A stretch of DNA of 63,903 bases, the filler included, from Octopus bimaculoides (taxonomy: Eukaryota), in assembly GCF_001194135.2 (NCBI RefSeq). It is 5 parts of 4 records of this genome, joined end to end, with 100 filler letters (N's around TTAATTAATTAA, not from the genome) between each part and the next. Parts side by side here need not be neighbours in the genome. Positions count along the whole stretch, not along the records: positions 60,457 to 63,903 come from NC_068982.1; 4 more parts are not named here. One strand, written 5' to 3'. Below, in pieces: positions 63,147-63,903 of this stretch; the stretch's first letter is position 1, and the number at the start of each line of letters is the position of its first letter. A model generated the notes under the pieces. That model made no database searches. It saw only the letters and a list, made by a program, of their open reading frames with translations, and had not been told where the DNA came from. Made by a program: the position numbers and the translations under genes.

Positions 63147-63903
63147 ATGTTATTATTATATATATAAACAAGGTAATTATTTTATTTACCCATAACACAG
63201 GCTACCATGTTTTAAGGATGAATGATATTAATAATGACAAAGACAAAATTTGACAGTACAAAGGCAATAACAAAATAATAATGAGCATACAAAATATAGT
63301 CAACTGAGAACATTGGGTGCATATGTACGTATGTTCTAAACAAACGACAACGACGCAAAAACTACCTTTACCAACAAATCGTTTGTTAGTGTCGCCATTC
63401 AAAAAGAAGTGTATGATATGAGCCGACCCCTGGCAAAAAAGTATGGATATTAACAACTTTTATCTATATCGAAATGAATTTATCCGGGTCTCTACCGTTT
63501 CTGTTAAACGTTTCGCGGGTGTATATAATTATAACATGATGTAAATGAGCTATAAGCATAAGGAGAGGCAGAAAAATAGAAAACAATGGTGAATGAGAAC
63601 GATTGTCTTAGATTCAATCAAGGAGAGAAGCAAGAGTGAGAGAGAGAGAAAGAGATAGTGTAATAAAGCAATGTAGAGGAAATGAATGTCTGGAGAGCAA
63701 AAGGTGTGTGTATAATAGACATAATTGAATGAAAGCAAAAAGAAAAGTTACCAATATTTACCGATATTGAATTATTTTTTAATTACCGGTTATTGGTTTT
63801 TGAATTGCTACTTGTAATATTTGACTGAAAGTCGTAATGTTTGTTTATACGCTTGCTATTAGTAAGTTAAAATGTATGAGCACTCCATTAATTCCCCCTC
63901 CTC

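Overview
AT-rich, repeat-saturated eukaryotic sequence with many N gaps and dense (TA)n/(TG)n/(TATG)n microsatellites. The SINE repertoire and microsatellite load resemble octopus (cephalopod) genomes; this is an inference and was not checked. I found no intact protein-coding gene, rRNA, genuine tRNA or CRISPR array. Nearly all ORFs in the supplied track are microsatellite or N-gap read-throughs. The window is best read as a large intron or intergenic region containing decayed mobile elements: a near full-length Helitron Rep/helicase relic (about 9.7-13.8 kb), three mariner relics, two R4/Dong-like and one CRE-like restriction-endonuclease-type LINE fragments, two RTE 3' ends, a CR1-like 3' end, a probable hAT MITE and more than 20 tRNA-derived SINE copies in about four families. 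The most notable structures are fold-backs: a mariner folded on itself with a perfect 34-bp junction hairpin, a roughly 120-bp-arm palindrome split by SINEs, a roughly 78-bp-arm inverted repeat, and clusters of inverted SINEs. A few low-confidence candidate host exons are listed. I see no convincing evidence of a new biological system. All protein and family assignments come from manual translation and motif recall, not database searches.
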